This document shows positions 1 to 10,321 of a DNA stretch of 27,643 nucleotides, one piece after another. The stretch lies in contig CAZGJX010000053.1 in the NCBI GenBank assembly GCA_964525635.1, positions 1 through 27,643 on the forward strand. Reading direction: 5' to 3'. Within the stretch, counting starts at the first letter, position 1. The number at the start of each line of letters is the position of its first letter. The translations under genes and the position numbers were made by a program. The stretch comes from an uncultured archaeon (GTDB lineage: Archaea; Asgardarchaeota; Lokiarchaeia; Sigyniarchaeales; SOKP01). A model generated the notes under the pieces. That model saw only the letters and a list, made by a program, of their open reading frames with translations. It was not told the DNA's origin and ran no database searches.

Positions 1-197
1 ACGAAGAGAGTTGAAAAAGTATATTATTCTTCATTCATTTATAAAAATACCCGAATTATTTATAATTATAATTTTTTTTATTTGGATATGGCTTATTTTA
101 GTACTTTTAATAAAAAAGAATAATTAGTGATTAAAATATAATTTAGACAAACTATTTATTTTAATTATCTAATAATTAAGATAATAACAATTTATCA

Positions 198-398
198 ATG
201 ATTAATATGATTCCAAAAAGTATAATTGAAAAATTAATTGATGGGGATGTACATATATTTGTTAAAGGAATAAATGAAAAATTTAGTGGAAATTTGATAG
301 AATTAACTTCCGATGATTTACTAATGGTTAAAGATAAATATAACAATATATCTTATATACCCTTATCAGAAGTAAGTGTTATTACAGAAAGACAATAA
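198..398 (+). CDS. Small Sm/LSm-fold-like protein (hypothetical)
   Basis: 66 aa, or 63 aa from the second ATG at 207. The pattern is a short helix followed by beta strands (LIDGDVHIFV..FSGNLIELTSDDLLMV..ISYIPLSEVSVI), as in Sm1/Sm2-like barrels. Confidence 0.55.
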   Translation: MINMIPKSIIEKLIDGDVHIFVKGINEKFSGNLIELTSDDLLMVKDKYNNISYIPLSEVSVITERQ

Positions 399-578
399 TA
401 TCTTTAAAATGCTTAATATTTTAATTTTTTACTACTGGAGATTTAGTTAAACAACTAAAGATTTTATTCTTTTATGAGTATGCAGAGAAATCTATCAATA
501 GTTAAATTTTATTGATAAAAAACTTTTTAAAAAATGACCTAAATCAAATATTAACTATTAAATCAACACGAAATTATT

Positions 579-3002
579 ATGGAAAAGAAATTATTTAATT
601 TCAATGACCATGAAGTAGAAACTTTAGAAGAAAATAATTTAGAGATTTCATTTAAAGTAACTTCATATAATCAAAATCTAGAATTAATGGAAAAAAAAAA
701 AATAGAGCAAAAACGAATTGATGAAGTAATAGAAGATTTCTTTTCTGAAAATAATTCATTAATCTCAAAAGCTACAAAAAATTCAATTAACAAAATTATA
801 TACAATAAAAAAGAAAGAATTATTGTTATTGAGACTTCAAAAGGAAGAGATATTATTTGGAGTCGAACTAAACTTGTTGAAAGGTATGGTTGGTTTTTTT
901 TTATAACTAATAAATATGGTAAAAAGAAGGAAGTTGAAAAAAAAATTAAAAACCAAGATACTATAATTAATAGAGAGCTTTTTAAAGAAGGAGATTTCGA
1001 GATTTTATTAATTGAAAAGAAAAATATGCGTCCTTTATATAAAACAAAGGAATATCGCAATTATCTTAAATTTATTAAATCTAATAATATTAGCCAAAAA
1101 CCAATTAAAGAGACTTTAAAAGACTTTTTTCTAAATTATAATTCCGTTCCAAATGTAGAAAAAGAATCAATAAAGAAAATAAATTATTATGAAAAAGAGA
1201 AGGTCATTGTTGTTAAATCATTAATTGGCGATAAAATGTATGAAAATTTAGAGGATCTTGTAAAAAAATATGGATGGTATTTCTATATCACAGGGGTACC
1301 CGTTGGAAAGAGTGAAATTTCAATAGCTATTGATAAAGTTGAGAAAAGATTTGATTCTAATTATTTTAAAAATACCTCTATAACCACCTATTTTAAAGAC
1401 AGAAAAAAGGTTCGTTTAATGTTGTATCCTATTGCTCTTAGACCAAATCATAATTGTATAGTTTTGGGTTTAGGACAATTAAATATTCTTTTAGATTGTG
1501 GAATATCTGAGGAATTTTTGGGAGAAATTGATTATTATCTTGAAAACTTAAATGAATTCTTACAAAAAGATGAAATAAGTAAAAATATATTATCAGAGAG
1601 CCAAGAAAATATTACTGATATTAAAGATATAGATGAATTGCGTAAATTTGAAGGAAAAATTATCGAATCAGAGGATATTGAAGAAAAAAAGATTGATAAA
1701 GAAACATTTGATGATAATATTTTAAAAAGTAATGAAAATGAATCAAGACAAATAGTATTAAATGATGAAGATTTTAAGCCAAAGATAGATGCTATATTTC
1801 TTTCTCATAGTCATTATGATCATGTCTCTGGAATAAAAAATTTGATTAAAAATCACCCTGATATACCCATTTTATGTTCAAGAATTACATTAGATCTCTA
1901 TTTATTAAGAGATTCTGAATTTTTAAAACAGGAACAAAAAGAGGAAATCGAAGATGAAGAATATATCAATATTATTAGAAATGTAATTTACGTTGAAAAT
2001 GGAGATAAAATAGAATTTAAAGATAAAGATTGTTATTTATCATTTTTTCATGCGGGTCATATGCCAGGAGCTTTAATGCTATTAGTTAAAGCTAAAGATT
2101 ATCGTTTTCTTTATTCAGGTGATTATACTTATTATGACATCACCCCTTTCGCGGGTACACGAAGATTTTTAAATCAAATATCTCGACCAATAGATTTTTT
2201 ATTAATTGATGGATCAAATGCCTATGAAGAATTTGGAGATCCATCCCTACACTTTCATAGTTTAATATTATTTTTAGAACAAAAGGCAGAATATGGGGAT
2301 AGTGCTTTAATTGGAGCAGATCCTTCAAGTTTAGCAATAACACTAATGTTAACTTTTTGGAGATATTTTAGAAAACAACAATTAAGACGTGATTTTCAAA
2401 AAAGACCAAATATCTATGTAGATATGATGGTTAGAAAGAATATTCAAGTTATAAATCACCGATATGAATATATATACGGTCCGATTTCAAGATTGATAAG
2501 AGACAAGGCAAATCCTTTTAATAGTATTAAATTTCGTTGGTTTGATCATAATAATTTAGATTTTTTACGAAAAAGGAATAATATTATTATTTCACACCCA
2601 CCTGATTTATCTTATGGAATTATCAGAAATATTATTAATATTATTGGTCGGAATCCTCATAACTTAGTTTTCTTAGCAGGTGCTATTCATGAAGAACCTG
2701 GATTAAGTTTATTAAATCCTCCAGAAGGAGAAGATACTGTTGAAAAATCGATTGAATTATCTGAAACATGGAAAGTCCCCATGCGAGCTTTATTAATTAA
2801 TGAATTCTCACCACAAATAAAAATTAAATTACACGGTGACAAAATTCAATTAACAGAAATGATCAACAATTTAGAACCAAGAGAAGTGTGTTTTTTCCAT
2901 GAAAGCCCAAAAAAATTATTAAATGTTGCAGAATATGTGATTTCTTTAGGTGTTGATAAAGTATCGACACCACAAGAAAAAAGATTAATGATATTAAATT
3001 AA
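579..3002 (+). CDS. beta-CASP family metallo-beta-lactamase ribonuclease (aCPSF-like) with duplicated N-terminal domain
   Basis: MBL motifs occur in order: LLDCG, SHSHYDH (HxHxDH), AGHMPGA, YSGDY. Candidate beta-CASP motifs follow: A (LIDGS), B (LHGD) and C (FFHE). The ~280-aa N-terminal extension holds two ~128-aa repeats. Confidence 0.85.
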   Translation: MEKKLFNFNDHEVETLEENNLEISFKVTSYNQNLELMEKKKIEQKRIDEVIEDFFSENNSLISKATKNSINKIIYNKKERIIVIETSKGRDIIWSRTKLVERYGWFFFITNKYGKKKEVEKKIKNQDTIINRELFKEGDFEILLIEKKNMRPLYKTKEYRNYLKFIKSNNISQKPIKETLKDFFLNYNSVPNVEKESIKKINYYEKEKVIVVKSLIGDKMYENLEDLVKKYGWYFYITGVPVGKSEISIAIDKVEKRFDSNYFKNTSITTYFKDRKKVRLMLYPIALRPNHNCIVLGLGQLNILLDCGISEEFLGEIDYYLENLNEFLQKDEISKNILSESQENITDIKDIDELRKFEGKIIESEDIEEKKIDKETFDDNILKSNENESRQIVLNDEDFKPKIDAIFLSHSHYDHVSGIKNLIKNHPDIPILCSRITLDLYLLRDSEFLKQEQKEEIEDEEYINIIRNVIYVENGDKIEFKDKDCYLSFFHAGHMPGALMLLVKAKDYRFLYSGDYTYYDITPFAGTRRFLNQISRPIDFLLIDGSNAYEEFGDPSLHFHSLILFLEQKAEYGDSALIGADPSSLAITLMLTFWRYFRKQQLRRDFQKRPNIYVDMMVRKNIQVINHRYEYIYGPISRLIRDKANPFNSIKFRWFDHNNLDFLRKRNNIIISHPPDLSYGIIRNIINIIGRNPHNLVFLAGAIHEEPGLSLLNPPEGEDTVEKSIELSETWKVPMRALLINEFSPQIKIKLHGDKIQLTEMINNLEPREVCFFHESPKKLLNVAEYVISLGVDKVSTPQEKRLMILN

Positions 3003-3008
3003 GCTGTT

Positions 3009-4169
3009 TTATTTAAGATTATTTTTAACGTAATTTTTAATTCCTGTAGGACTTTCTTCTATATGGTTTCCATTTATAAAATCTTCTGTTAACTTATAAG
3101 CTTCCTCATCTGTTAGTTGTAATGGAGGATGTTTCATAAAGAAAGCAGAGGGAGAGTATAAAATTCCTCCTAAATTTTTATCTATTGCTAATTTCATACA
3201 TCTAATTGCGTCAATTACAACTCCAGCTGAATTAGGCGAATCTTGAACTGAAAGTCTTAATTCAAGATCAATAGGGATTTCTCCAAAGATATTTCCTTCC
3301 ATCCTTATAAAGCAGATTTTATTATCTTTTTGCCATGGTACCCAATCACTTGGTCCAATATGGATATTTTCATCATTTAATCTTATTGCCATTTGGGATT
3401 GTACTGCTTCTGTTTTAGATGTTTTTTTAGAAATTAGACGAGATCGATCAAGCATATTTAAGAAATCAGTATTGCCTCCAGTATTTAATTGATAAGTTCT
3501 GTTTAATCTTACACCACGCTTTTTAAATAAATTAGTTAGAACTCTATGTATAATTGTAGCCCCTAATTGTGATTTTATATCATCTCCTATAATTGGAAGA
3601 TTTAAATCTTCAAATTTTTTTGCCCAGATAGGATTACTTGCTATAAAAACTGGAATACAATTTATAAAACCAACATTTGCTTCCAGAGCACATTCAGCAT
3701 AGAATTTTGATGCTTTTTCAGAGCCAACTGGAAGAAAATTTATTAGTATTTGGCATTTAGATCTTTTTAATTCTTCTAGGATCTCTTGTTTGGTTGTTTC
3801 TTTCTTTTCAGAGATAATGAGTGATAAATTCTCATCATAATATTTCATATGAGGTGCTACACTATCTAAGATTCTTCCCATTTTTATTTCTACATTTTTA
3901 TAAGGCAGACTATTACAAAGCAATTTACAACAATTTGGGGGTGCAAAAATAGCTTCGGAAATATCTTTACCAACTTTCCTACTATCAATATCAAATCCAC
4001 ATACTACTTCAATATCTATAGGTAAATATCCTCCAATTTTCCAATGCATTAATCCAATTGCATTATCATCTTCCTTTTTCTTATAAAATTCAATGCCTTG
4101 TATCAAAGAACTAGCACAATTCCCTATTCCAACAATGCCAATTTTAATTTTATTCATAGGAAAATTCAA
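3009..4169 (-). CDS. ino1: myo-inositol-1-phosphate synthase
   Basis: Rossmann GIGNCASSLIQG plus GDDIKSQLGAT, YQLNTGGNTDFLNM, SKKTSKT, HIGPSDWVPW and DSPNSAGVVIDAIRC, all hallmark motifs of the archaeal/actinobacterial MIPS type. The true start is probably the ATG at 4157 rather than the TTG at 4169. Confidence 0.95.
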   Translation of the reverse strand: MNFPMNKIKIGIVGIGNCASSLIQGIEFYKKKEDDNAIGLMHWKIGGYLPIDIEVVCGFDIDSRKVGKDISEAIFAPPNCCKLLCNSLPYKNVEIKMGRILDSVAPHMKYYDENLSLIISEKKETTKQEILEELKRSKCQILINFLPVGSEKASKFYAECALEANVGFINCIPVFIASNPIWAKKFEDLNLPIIGDDIKSQLGATIIHRVLTNLFKKRGVRLNRTYQLNTGGNTDFLNMLDRSRLISKKTSKTEAVQSQMAIRLNDENIHIGPSDWVPWQKDNKICFIRMEGNIFGEIPIDLELRLSVQDSPNSAGVVIDAIRCMKLAIDKNLGGILYSPSAFFMKHPPLQLTDEEAYKLTEDFINGNHIEESPTGIKNYVKNNLK

Positions 4170-4719
4170 ATAATTTTTATAATATACAATTAATTAATAA
4201 AAGTTAAAATAATATTTAGGAATATAGTTTATTAATCTTAAATTGCTTTTATTTTTTTATACTTAAATTATTCTTATTATTTTATTCTTTATCATATATT
4301 AAAAAACTTTTGTTTAATTAGGATTCTTCTAATTTAGATGTTTTAAGAGTTAAATTATCACCATCTAAGGAACTAGACGTATTTTATTAAAATTAATTAT
4401 ATTATAGATATATTACTGAAACTCTTATTTTAGCATATAGACAATCATATAAGTAATGAGGAATCCCTAGATTTTTATTTAGTCTAGGAGATTATTTATA
4501 ATAAAAATATATTTCTTCTTTATTAAAAATAAAATATTATAGTTTGGGTTTAATTCTATTTATTATATAAAAGAAATACATTTATATTTTAATTTTTATA
4601 AATAATAAGAAATACAACTTATATTTAATTTAAGAAAATACTGAAATCTCCAAGGAGCTTGTTTTTTAGCTTGATAATTTTAATCCAAAATAGAACAAAT
4701 TATTGTTAAATCTGATAAG

Positions 4720-7596
4720 GTGATAAAAATAGGAGAAGAGAAAATTGAAAACATAAATATCAAGCTTGGGGGCATGACTTGCGCTAACTGTGCTTTGAAA
4801 ATTGAAAATAAATTAAAGAATCTCAACGGAGTAGAAAGTGCTGTAGTTAATTTTGCAATTGAAGAAGCAAATGTAAAATATAATCCCTCAACCACAGGAT
4901 ATGAAATTTTTAATAATGCTATACGGGATTTAGGATATAAAGCATCATTAGCTAAAATGGATATAAAAGTCATAGAATCATTATCAGAAGAACAATTTAA
5001 ACAGTTGGAGGAATATATAAAAAAAATAGAGGGAATTTATAATGTAAGAGGGACTTTTAAAGCTCTGAAATTATACATTGAATTTAATGCTTCAATTTTA
5101 GATGAGAACCACATCTTATCAATTATTAAAAATTCCGGAATCAAGATTGAGAAAACTGCTGGAGTAGTTGATAAAGAGATTGAAATTCATAAGAAGGAAA
5201 TGAAGTATAGATTTCGTATTTTATTAATATCAATCTTTTTTTCTATGATAATCACTCCAATCGCATGGTTTGTGTCCGATTCTTTAGAAAAGAATTTATT
5301 TCTTTTTTTTCTAAGTATTTTTAATTATATTATTTGTAGTTCTTTCTTTCTAAAGGGTGCATATAAATCTTTAAAAAATAAATCCACAAATATGGATGTT
5401 TTAATTACATTGGGAACTACAACAGCACTTGTATATTCAATATTGACAACATTCCTTATTTCAGGAAGACCCTTTTATGAAGCCATGAGTATGATTACAA
5501 CATTTTTGTTAATTGGTAAGTATCTAGAACACAAAACAAAAGGAAAGACTTCAGATGCAATTAAAAAACTATTGGGATTACAACCAAAAACAACTACTTT
5601 ATTAAAAGATGGTGAAGAGATTGAAATTCTTATTGAGGAAATTGAAGTAGGTGATATTTTAATAGTTAGACCAGGTGAGAAGATACCTATTGATGGAAAA
5701 GTAATTAAAGGTAAAACAAAAATAGATGAATCAATGATTACTGGAGAGAGTAAATATGTTAAAAAAGAGGAGGAAAGTAAAGTAATAGGAGCAACTATTA
5801 ATCAAACTGGTCTTATTTATATAGAAACAGAAAAAATAGGAAAGGACACACTATTATCTCAAATTATTGAGTTTGTGAAGGAAGCACAAAATAAAAAAGC
5901 AGCTAAACAACAACTTGCAGATAAAATCAGTAATTATTTTGTTCCAATGGTAATAATTATTGCTTTTATTTCTTTCATTTATTGGTATTTCTGGGGCACG
6001 CTAATCTTTCAAACTCTATCAAAAATAAAATTTGAGATATCCCTACAAATATTTACTTCAGTGGTTGTAATTGCATGTCCTTGTGCTTTGGGTTTAGCTA
6101 TTCCAACTGCGGTAATGGTGGGAACGGGAAAGGGAGCCGAAAATGGCTTATTAATAAAAGGGGGAGATTCTTTAGAAGCAATTAATAATGTAAATACAAT
6201 AGTTTTTGATAAAACTGGAACTTTAACGGTTGGAAAACCAAAAGCATCAATTATCTTTTCTGAAAATTATTTAAAAGGGACAGGTTATGATGATAATGAA
6301 CTCTTATATTATGCAGGTAGTGCAGAACTAGGTTCTGAACACCCCCTTGGAAGAGCAATAATTGAAGAAGCAAATCAAAGAAATTTATCTCTTGAAATTC
6401 CTATTGAATTTAAAGCTATCCCTGGAAAAGGATTAAAAGCTATTTTAAAAGGAAAAACAATACTTATGGGATCCAAAAATCTTATGGACGAGTTCAACAT
6501 TAATTTAGAAGAAATATATGAGAGAAAATTTTATGAACATCAAAAACAGGGAATAACAACGATTTTAATTGCTATAGATAATCAAATAAAAGGGATTATT
6601 GGAATATCTGATAAAATAAAAGATCAAGTTCCCTATGCCTTAGAAAAATTAAGAGAAATGGATGTCGATATTTATATGATAACAGGAGATAATATTCAAA
6701 CAGCTTTAAGCATTGGAAAAGAACTTAAGATTGATAAAGCTCATATTTTAGCAGAAGTCTTACCTAATGAAAAAGCTTTAAAGATTGAACAACTTCAAAA
6801 AGTTCAAAAGAATAAGAAAAATCGTGTAATTGCGATGGTTGGAGATGGAATAAATGACGCTCCAGCATTAACACAAGCAAATGTGGGGATAGCTATTGGT
6901 TCTGGTACGGATATAGCTATTGAAACAGCTGATATTGTTTTAATGCGAGGTGACATAAGGAATGTTGTTTCTGCGATAAATTTATCAAAGAAAACATATC
7001 GAAAAATGATAACAAATCTATTCTGGGCATTCATATATAATATAATAGGAATTCCAATCGCAGCAGGAGTATTATATGGTCTTACAGGTTTCTTTTTACC
7101 ACCATATTTAGCGGCTATATTCATGGCTACAAGTTCTGTTACTGTGGTAATGAATGCTTTATTTTTAAAGAGATATGAGCCAAAAACAGAACAACAATTG
7201 GAAGAAGAAAGAATATTACTTGAAGAAAAGGTTATTGACCCTATATGTGGGATGAAAATTATTCCAAACCAATCAATTGAATATGAATATAAAGGTCAGA
7301 AGTTCTATTTTTGCAATATTTCATGTGAGAGAGAATTTAAAACAAATCCTGAAAAGTATAAAGAATTTAAAAATATAGATCCAAAACTAATGTTTAAAGA
7401 AAATTTACATAATAAGGAGGTGGAAAAAGAAATTTCAAAATTAAAATGTCAAGTATGTGATTATGATATGGATATTCCAATGCATTGTGGAAAACCAATG
7501 CATAAGGAGGGAGATCAACTGGTTTGTTGGATGGGTCCTGAATGTGGACATCAATTAATACCAGAACATCATGAAAAACAAATGGAAATAATTTAA
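4720..7596 (+). CDS. copA: Cu(I)-translocating P1B-type ATPase with C-terminal YHS/TRASH-like and Cys/His-rich domains
   Basis: N-terminal HMA (GMTCANC) and a second Cys-less HMA-like domain. Core motifs TGES, CPC, DKTGT, SEHPL and GDGIND are present, and the transmembrane YN and MxxSS (MATSS) signature marks the Cu+ P1B-1 subgroup. C-terminal DPICGM...YFCNISC. Confidence 0.93.
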   Translation: MIKIGEEKIENINIKLGGMTCANCALKIENKLKNLNGVESAVVNFAIEEANVKYNPSTTGYEIFNNAIRDLGYKASLAKMDIKVIESLSEEQFKQLEEYIKKIEGIYNVRGTFKALKLYIEFNASILDENHILSIIKNSGIKIEKTAGVVDKEIEIHKKEMKYRFRILLISIFFSMIITPIAWFVSDSLEKNLFLFFLSIFNYIICSSFFLKGAYKSLKNKSTNMDVLITLGTTTALVYSILTTFLISGRPFYEAMSMITTFLLIGKYLEHKTKGKTSDAIKKLLGLQPKTTTLLKDGEEIEILIEEIEVGDILIVRPGEKIPIDGKVIKGKTKIDESMITGESKYVKKEEESKVIGATINQTGLIYIETEKIGKDTLLSQIIEFVKEAQNKKAAKQQLADKISNYFVPMVIIIAFISFIYWYFWGTLIFQTLSKIKFEISLQIFTSVVVIACPCALGLAIPTAVMVGTGKGAENGLLIKGGDSLEAINNVNTIVFDKTGTLTVGKPKASIIFSENYLKGTGYDDNELLYYAGSAELGSEHPLGRAIIEEANQRNLSLEIPIEFKAIPGKGLKAILKGKTILMGSKNLMDEFNINLEEIYERKFYEHQKQGITTILIAIDNQIKGIIGISDKIKDQVPYALEKLREMDVDIYMITGDNIQTALSIGKELKIDKAHILAEVLPNEKALKIEQLQKVQKNKKNRVIAMVGDGINDAPALTQANVGIAIGSGTDIAIETADIVLMRGDIRNVVSAINLSKKTYRKMITNLFWAFIYNIIGIPIAAGVLYGLTGFFLPPYLAAIFMATSSVTVVMNALFLKRYEPKTEQQLEEERILLEEKVIDPICGMKIIPNQSIEYEYKGQKFYFCNISCEREFKTNPEKYKEFKNIDPKLMFKENLHNKEVEKEISKLKCQVCDYDMDIPMHCGKPMHKEGDQLVCWMGPECGHQLIPEHHEKQMEII

Positions 7597-7640
7597 TTAA
7601 ATTATTGACCTCGTTAAAATTGACCTCTCTAAATAAAAAT

Positions 7641-10022
7641 TTATTCTATGGAGGGATCAATATTCTTTCTATTTTCTTTTGCTTTTTTGATGTTTTTTAT
7701 TGCTTTATGTAATTTTTCAATATTAGCAGATAATGGAAGTTGTTTATCGTAATTTTTATAATTATGATTAAGACATTCTAAGAAACCTTCCCATTCTATA
7801 CTTTTCTTTTTAGATATTCTAATTTCATCATAAAGAGTAGTAAGTATCTCCTCATGGTTTTGCTCTTTTAGATGCATCAAAAAGTTATTGGTTATAGATT
7901 TTTTGACAATTTGATATTCTTCTGGTCTAAATTTTGATAGTAATTCATTCATTTCAAAATCAAAATAAGGAATAATTAGTATTTTTTTATCATCAGGATT
8001 ATCTTGATTATCTACTAATGTAAGTTCTAAATCTATTAAGCTAAGGCTCATTAATATAGGAGTTATAGCCCCTAATGAAATTCTTGTCTTACTTTTAATA
8101 ACTTTTGCAATATCAGATATAGGAATATAAATTTCTGGATAATCAGATCTGTTCTCAATACGATATTTATATTCCATTTTTAAAATTTTAATTATTTTTT
8201 TCTTTGACCTTATATCAAGAAGTTCGCTTTTAAACGGTATATCTTTTAATTTACTTAATTTTTCAGCTCTTTCTTGCTTATGAATTTGTTTTTTATCATA
8301 AGTAGAAGTTAAGGAAGCAATAAATTGATCAGATGCTTTTCCCGATTTTAAATTTTTTCCTAGTTTACTTAAATCCTTCACTTTTTTTGAAGTTGTTTTA
8401 ACTAGTTCCTCTGCAAGATATTTCTTTGCTTTTTTTTCAGCCTTTTCTTTTTTCTCAAATCTCTCTGTAATTGAGATAAAATCAATCCAAATCCCTTTAT
8501 TTCCATAATCATCTGACATTTCATTTAAAGTTATATTAAAATCCTTATCAGCTAATCTTTTAATTAATGAATATAATGTTGCTTTTGATAATTTTGTTGC
8601 TTTAATCAGTTCTCTTTCTAATATCTCTAATGGAAATGCTTCACCACGCCGTATATATTCGTTTCTTATTAATTTATAAACAACTTTCGTACTTTCATCT
8701 TCTTTATTAACCGTTTCTTTTTGCATTCTGACAAACATTGATGTTTGATGAGGTTTTATATAGTAGACTAACAATGTAATACCAAGAAAAGATATCATAA
8801 GTATAGAGATTATGTATTTATCTGCCAAAAATACATTGCCTAGTATTGTTATTTCTTGATTTTTTATATCATTTGTAAGAGCAAATCTCGCTAGAGTCTG
8901 AGCAAGAACACAACCTAGAAAAAATAAGATTAATCCATCTCTTTTAAAGAATAAAAATTGCCAACCATAAGATTTTCCCAACTTAAGAATAACACGATAA
9001 AGAAATATCATAGAAATCATATATTCAAAAATAAAAATGTAAGTAATAGCAGTATTATTATTTGCACCCACAGTTGATTTTATTGCAGCTAGGGTTTCTG
9101 GTTGTAAGAATAAGAAAACACTCATCTGAAAAATTTGGAAGAAGAAAATAAAAAAAATAATCAATGAGAAAGTAAAATTATCAAAGGTACCAGCTCTTCT
9201 TGTCTCAGCTTTTATCCTTGTAGACATAAATTCTAAAATTATAAATATTATTGTCATAACTAAACTAAAATAGATTAATGGCATAATTACTCTCATTTCT
9301 AAATCAAAAACAGCATGAGCATCACTTGCACTAGAATCAGGAAAAAAATCTAAAGAAAGTAATACTAAAAAAGTCCTATAAAATAGAGAACTAAAAATTA
9401 AAGAGATTGCAATAATTATAGGGAAAATCAGCGCAATAAAATATCTTGAGGGTGAATATTTCTTTATAAATCTATATTCTATTCTTGTAGAGAATTTCCT
9501 AGAATAAATATAGAACCTACTACTTAATATGATAATCCAGATAAATGATAATACTAAAAAATAAGTAATGAAGTTTATACTATAACCAATAATAAAAAAA
9601 AGATAATAATATCCTATGAATACTAATCCAAATATAACTATTTGCTTTAGTATTGATAATTTCCCAAATATAAAATGTCTGATTTTTTCTATATTAATAA
9701 ATATTGATAAGGTTAAGAAGAATGCAAGTAAAGCATTTCCAAAACTAAATGGGTCTCCAAATGCAAGATATTTTATTAATATATTATTAGGATCATTGAT
9801 TCCCCATAAAAATAAAAATGAATAGAATATGAAGATGAAATATAAACCAAAAAACTTTTTTTCAAATGCATAAGATTTTGGGGGTTCTTGTCCCTTGAGA
9901 TAAATCTTTTTAGTTAAAACTTTATCTTTTATATTTTTAAGATTAGTTTGAACACTTGAATTTACTCCTTTAATTTTTTTTTTTAGTCCCCTTGAAGTTG
10001 ATTTCCTATATTTATTAGCCAT
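7641..10022 (-). CDS. Multi-pass membrane protein with cytoplasmic C-terminal region containing two winged-helix-like repeats (function unknown)
   Basis: About 10-12 hydrophobic segments in aa ~55-422, followed by a charged ~370-aa tail with two similar helix-helix-helix-hairpin units. Confidence 0.7.
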   Translation of the reverse strand: MANKYRKSTSRGLKKKIKGVNSSVQTNLKNIKDKVLTKKIYLKGQEPPKSYAFEKKFFGLYFIFIFYSFLFLWGINDPNNILIKYLAFGDPFSFGNALLAFFLTLSIFINIEKIRHFIFGKLSILKQIVIFGLVFIGYYYLFFIIGYSINFITYFLVLSFIWIIILSSRFYIYSRKFSTRIEYRFIKKYSPSRYFIALIFPIIIAISLIFSSLFYRTFLVLLSLDFFPDSSASDAHAVFDLEMRVIMPLIYFSLVMTIIFIILEFMSTRIKAETRRAGTFDNFTFSLIIFFIFFFQIFQMSVFLFLQPETLAAIKSTVGANNNTAITYIFIFEYMISMIFLYRVILKLGKSYGWQFLFFKRDGLILFFLGCVLAQTLARFALTNDIKNQEITILGNVFLADKYIISILMISFLGITLLVYYIKPHQTSMFVRMQKETVNKEDESTKVVYKLIRNEYIRRGEAFPLEILERELIKATKLSKATLYSLIKRLADKDFNITLNEMSDDYGNKGIWIDFISITERFEKKEKAEKKAKKYLAEELVKTTSKKVKDLSKLGKNLKSGKASDQFIASLTSTYDKKQIHKQERAEKLSKLKDIPFKSELLDIRSKKKIIKILKMEYKYRIENRSDYPEIYIPISDIAKVIKSKTRISLGAITPILMSLSLIDLELTLVDNQDNPDDKKILIIPYFDFEMNELLSKFRPEEYQIVKKSITNNFLMHLKEQNHEEILTTLYDEIRISKKKSIEWEGFLECLNHNYKNYDKQLPLSANIEKLHKAIKNIKKAKENRKNIDPSIE

Positions 10023-10321
10023 TTTCTAATTCATGATCTTTTTTATCGTATTGTTTATATAATCTTATATAAATATTGAGAAATAAATTTATTTTAAATA
10101 TTTTTTAATTATAATCTTTTATCTCATAATAATAATTATAAATACAACTCAAAATTGTATCCATTTAATCGGAATAATCAAGATTAAAAATAGAAGAGTA
10201 TTTCTGTAGATTTGGAAAAATTTTTCTTAAAAGTAAATTTAAATGAAATTGAAGAAGTAAATTTTAAAAATATCAAAAAATAAAATTAATATAATATTAT
10301 TAAAACTGGAAATATAAAATT

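Noticed and set aside
1-34. Possible minus-strand gene start (ATG at 34, MKNNILFQLSS) running off the window edge
   Set aside because: Only 11 codons are visible, too little to support a call.
7604-7627. 9-bp direct repeat ATTGACCTC twice between convergent copA and the membrane-protein gene
   Set aside because: Only two short copies with a 6-bp spacer; not a CRISPR array, and no mobile element is present to make it a target-site duplication.
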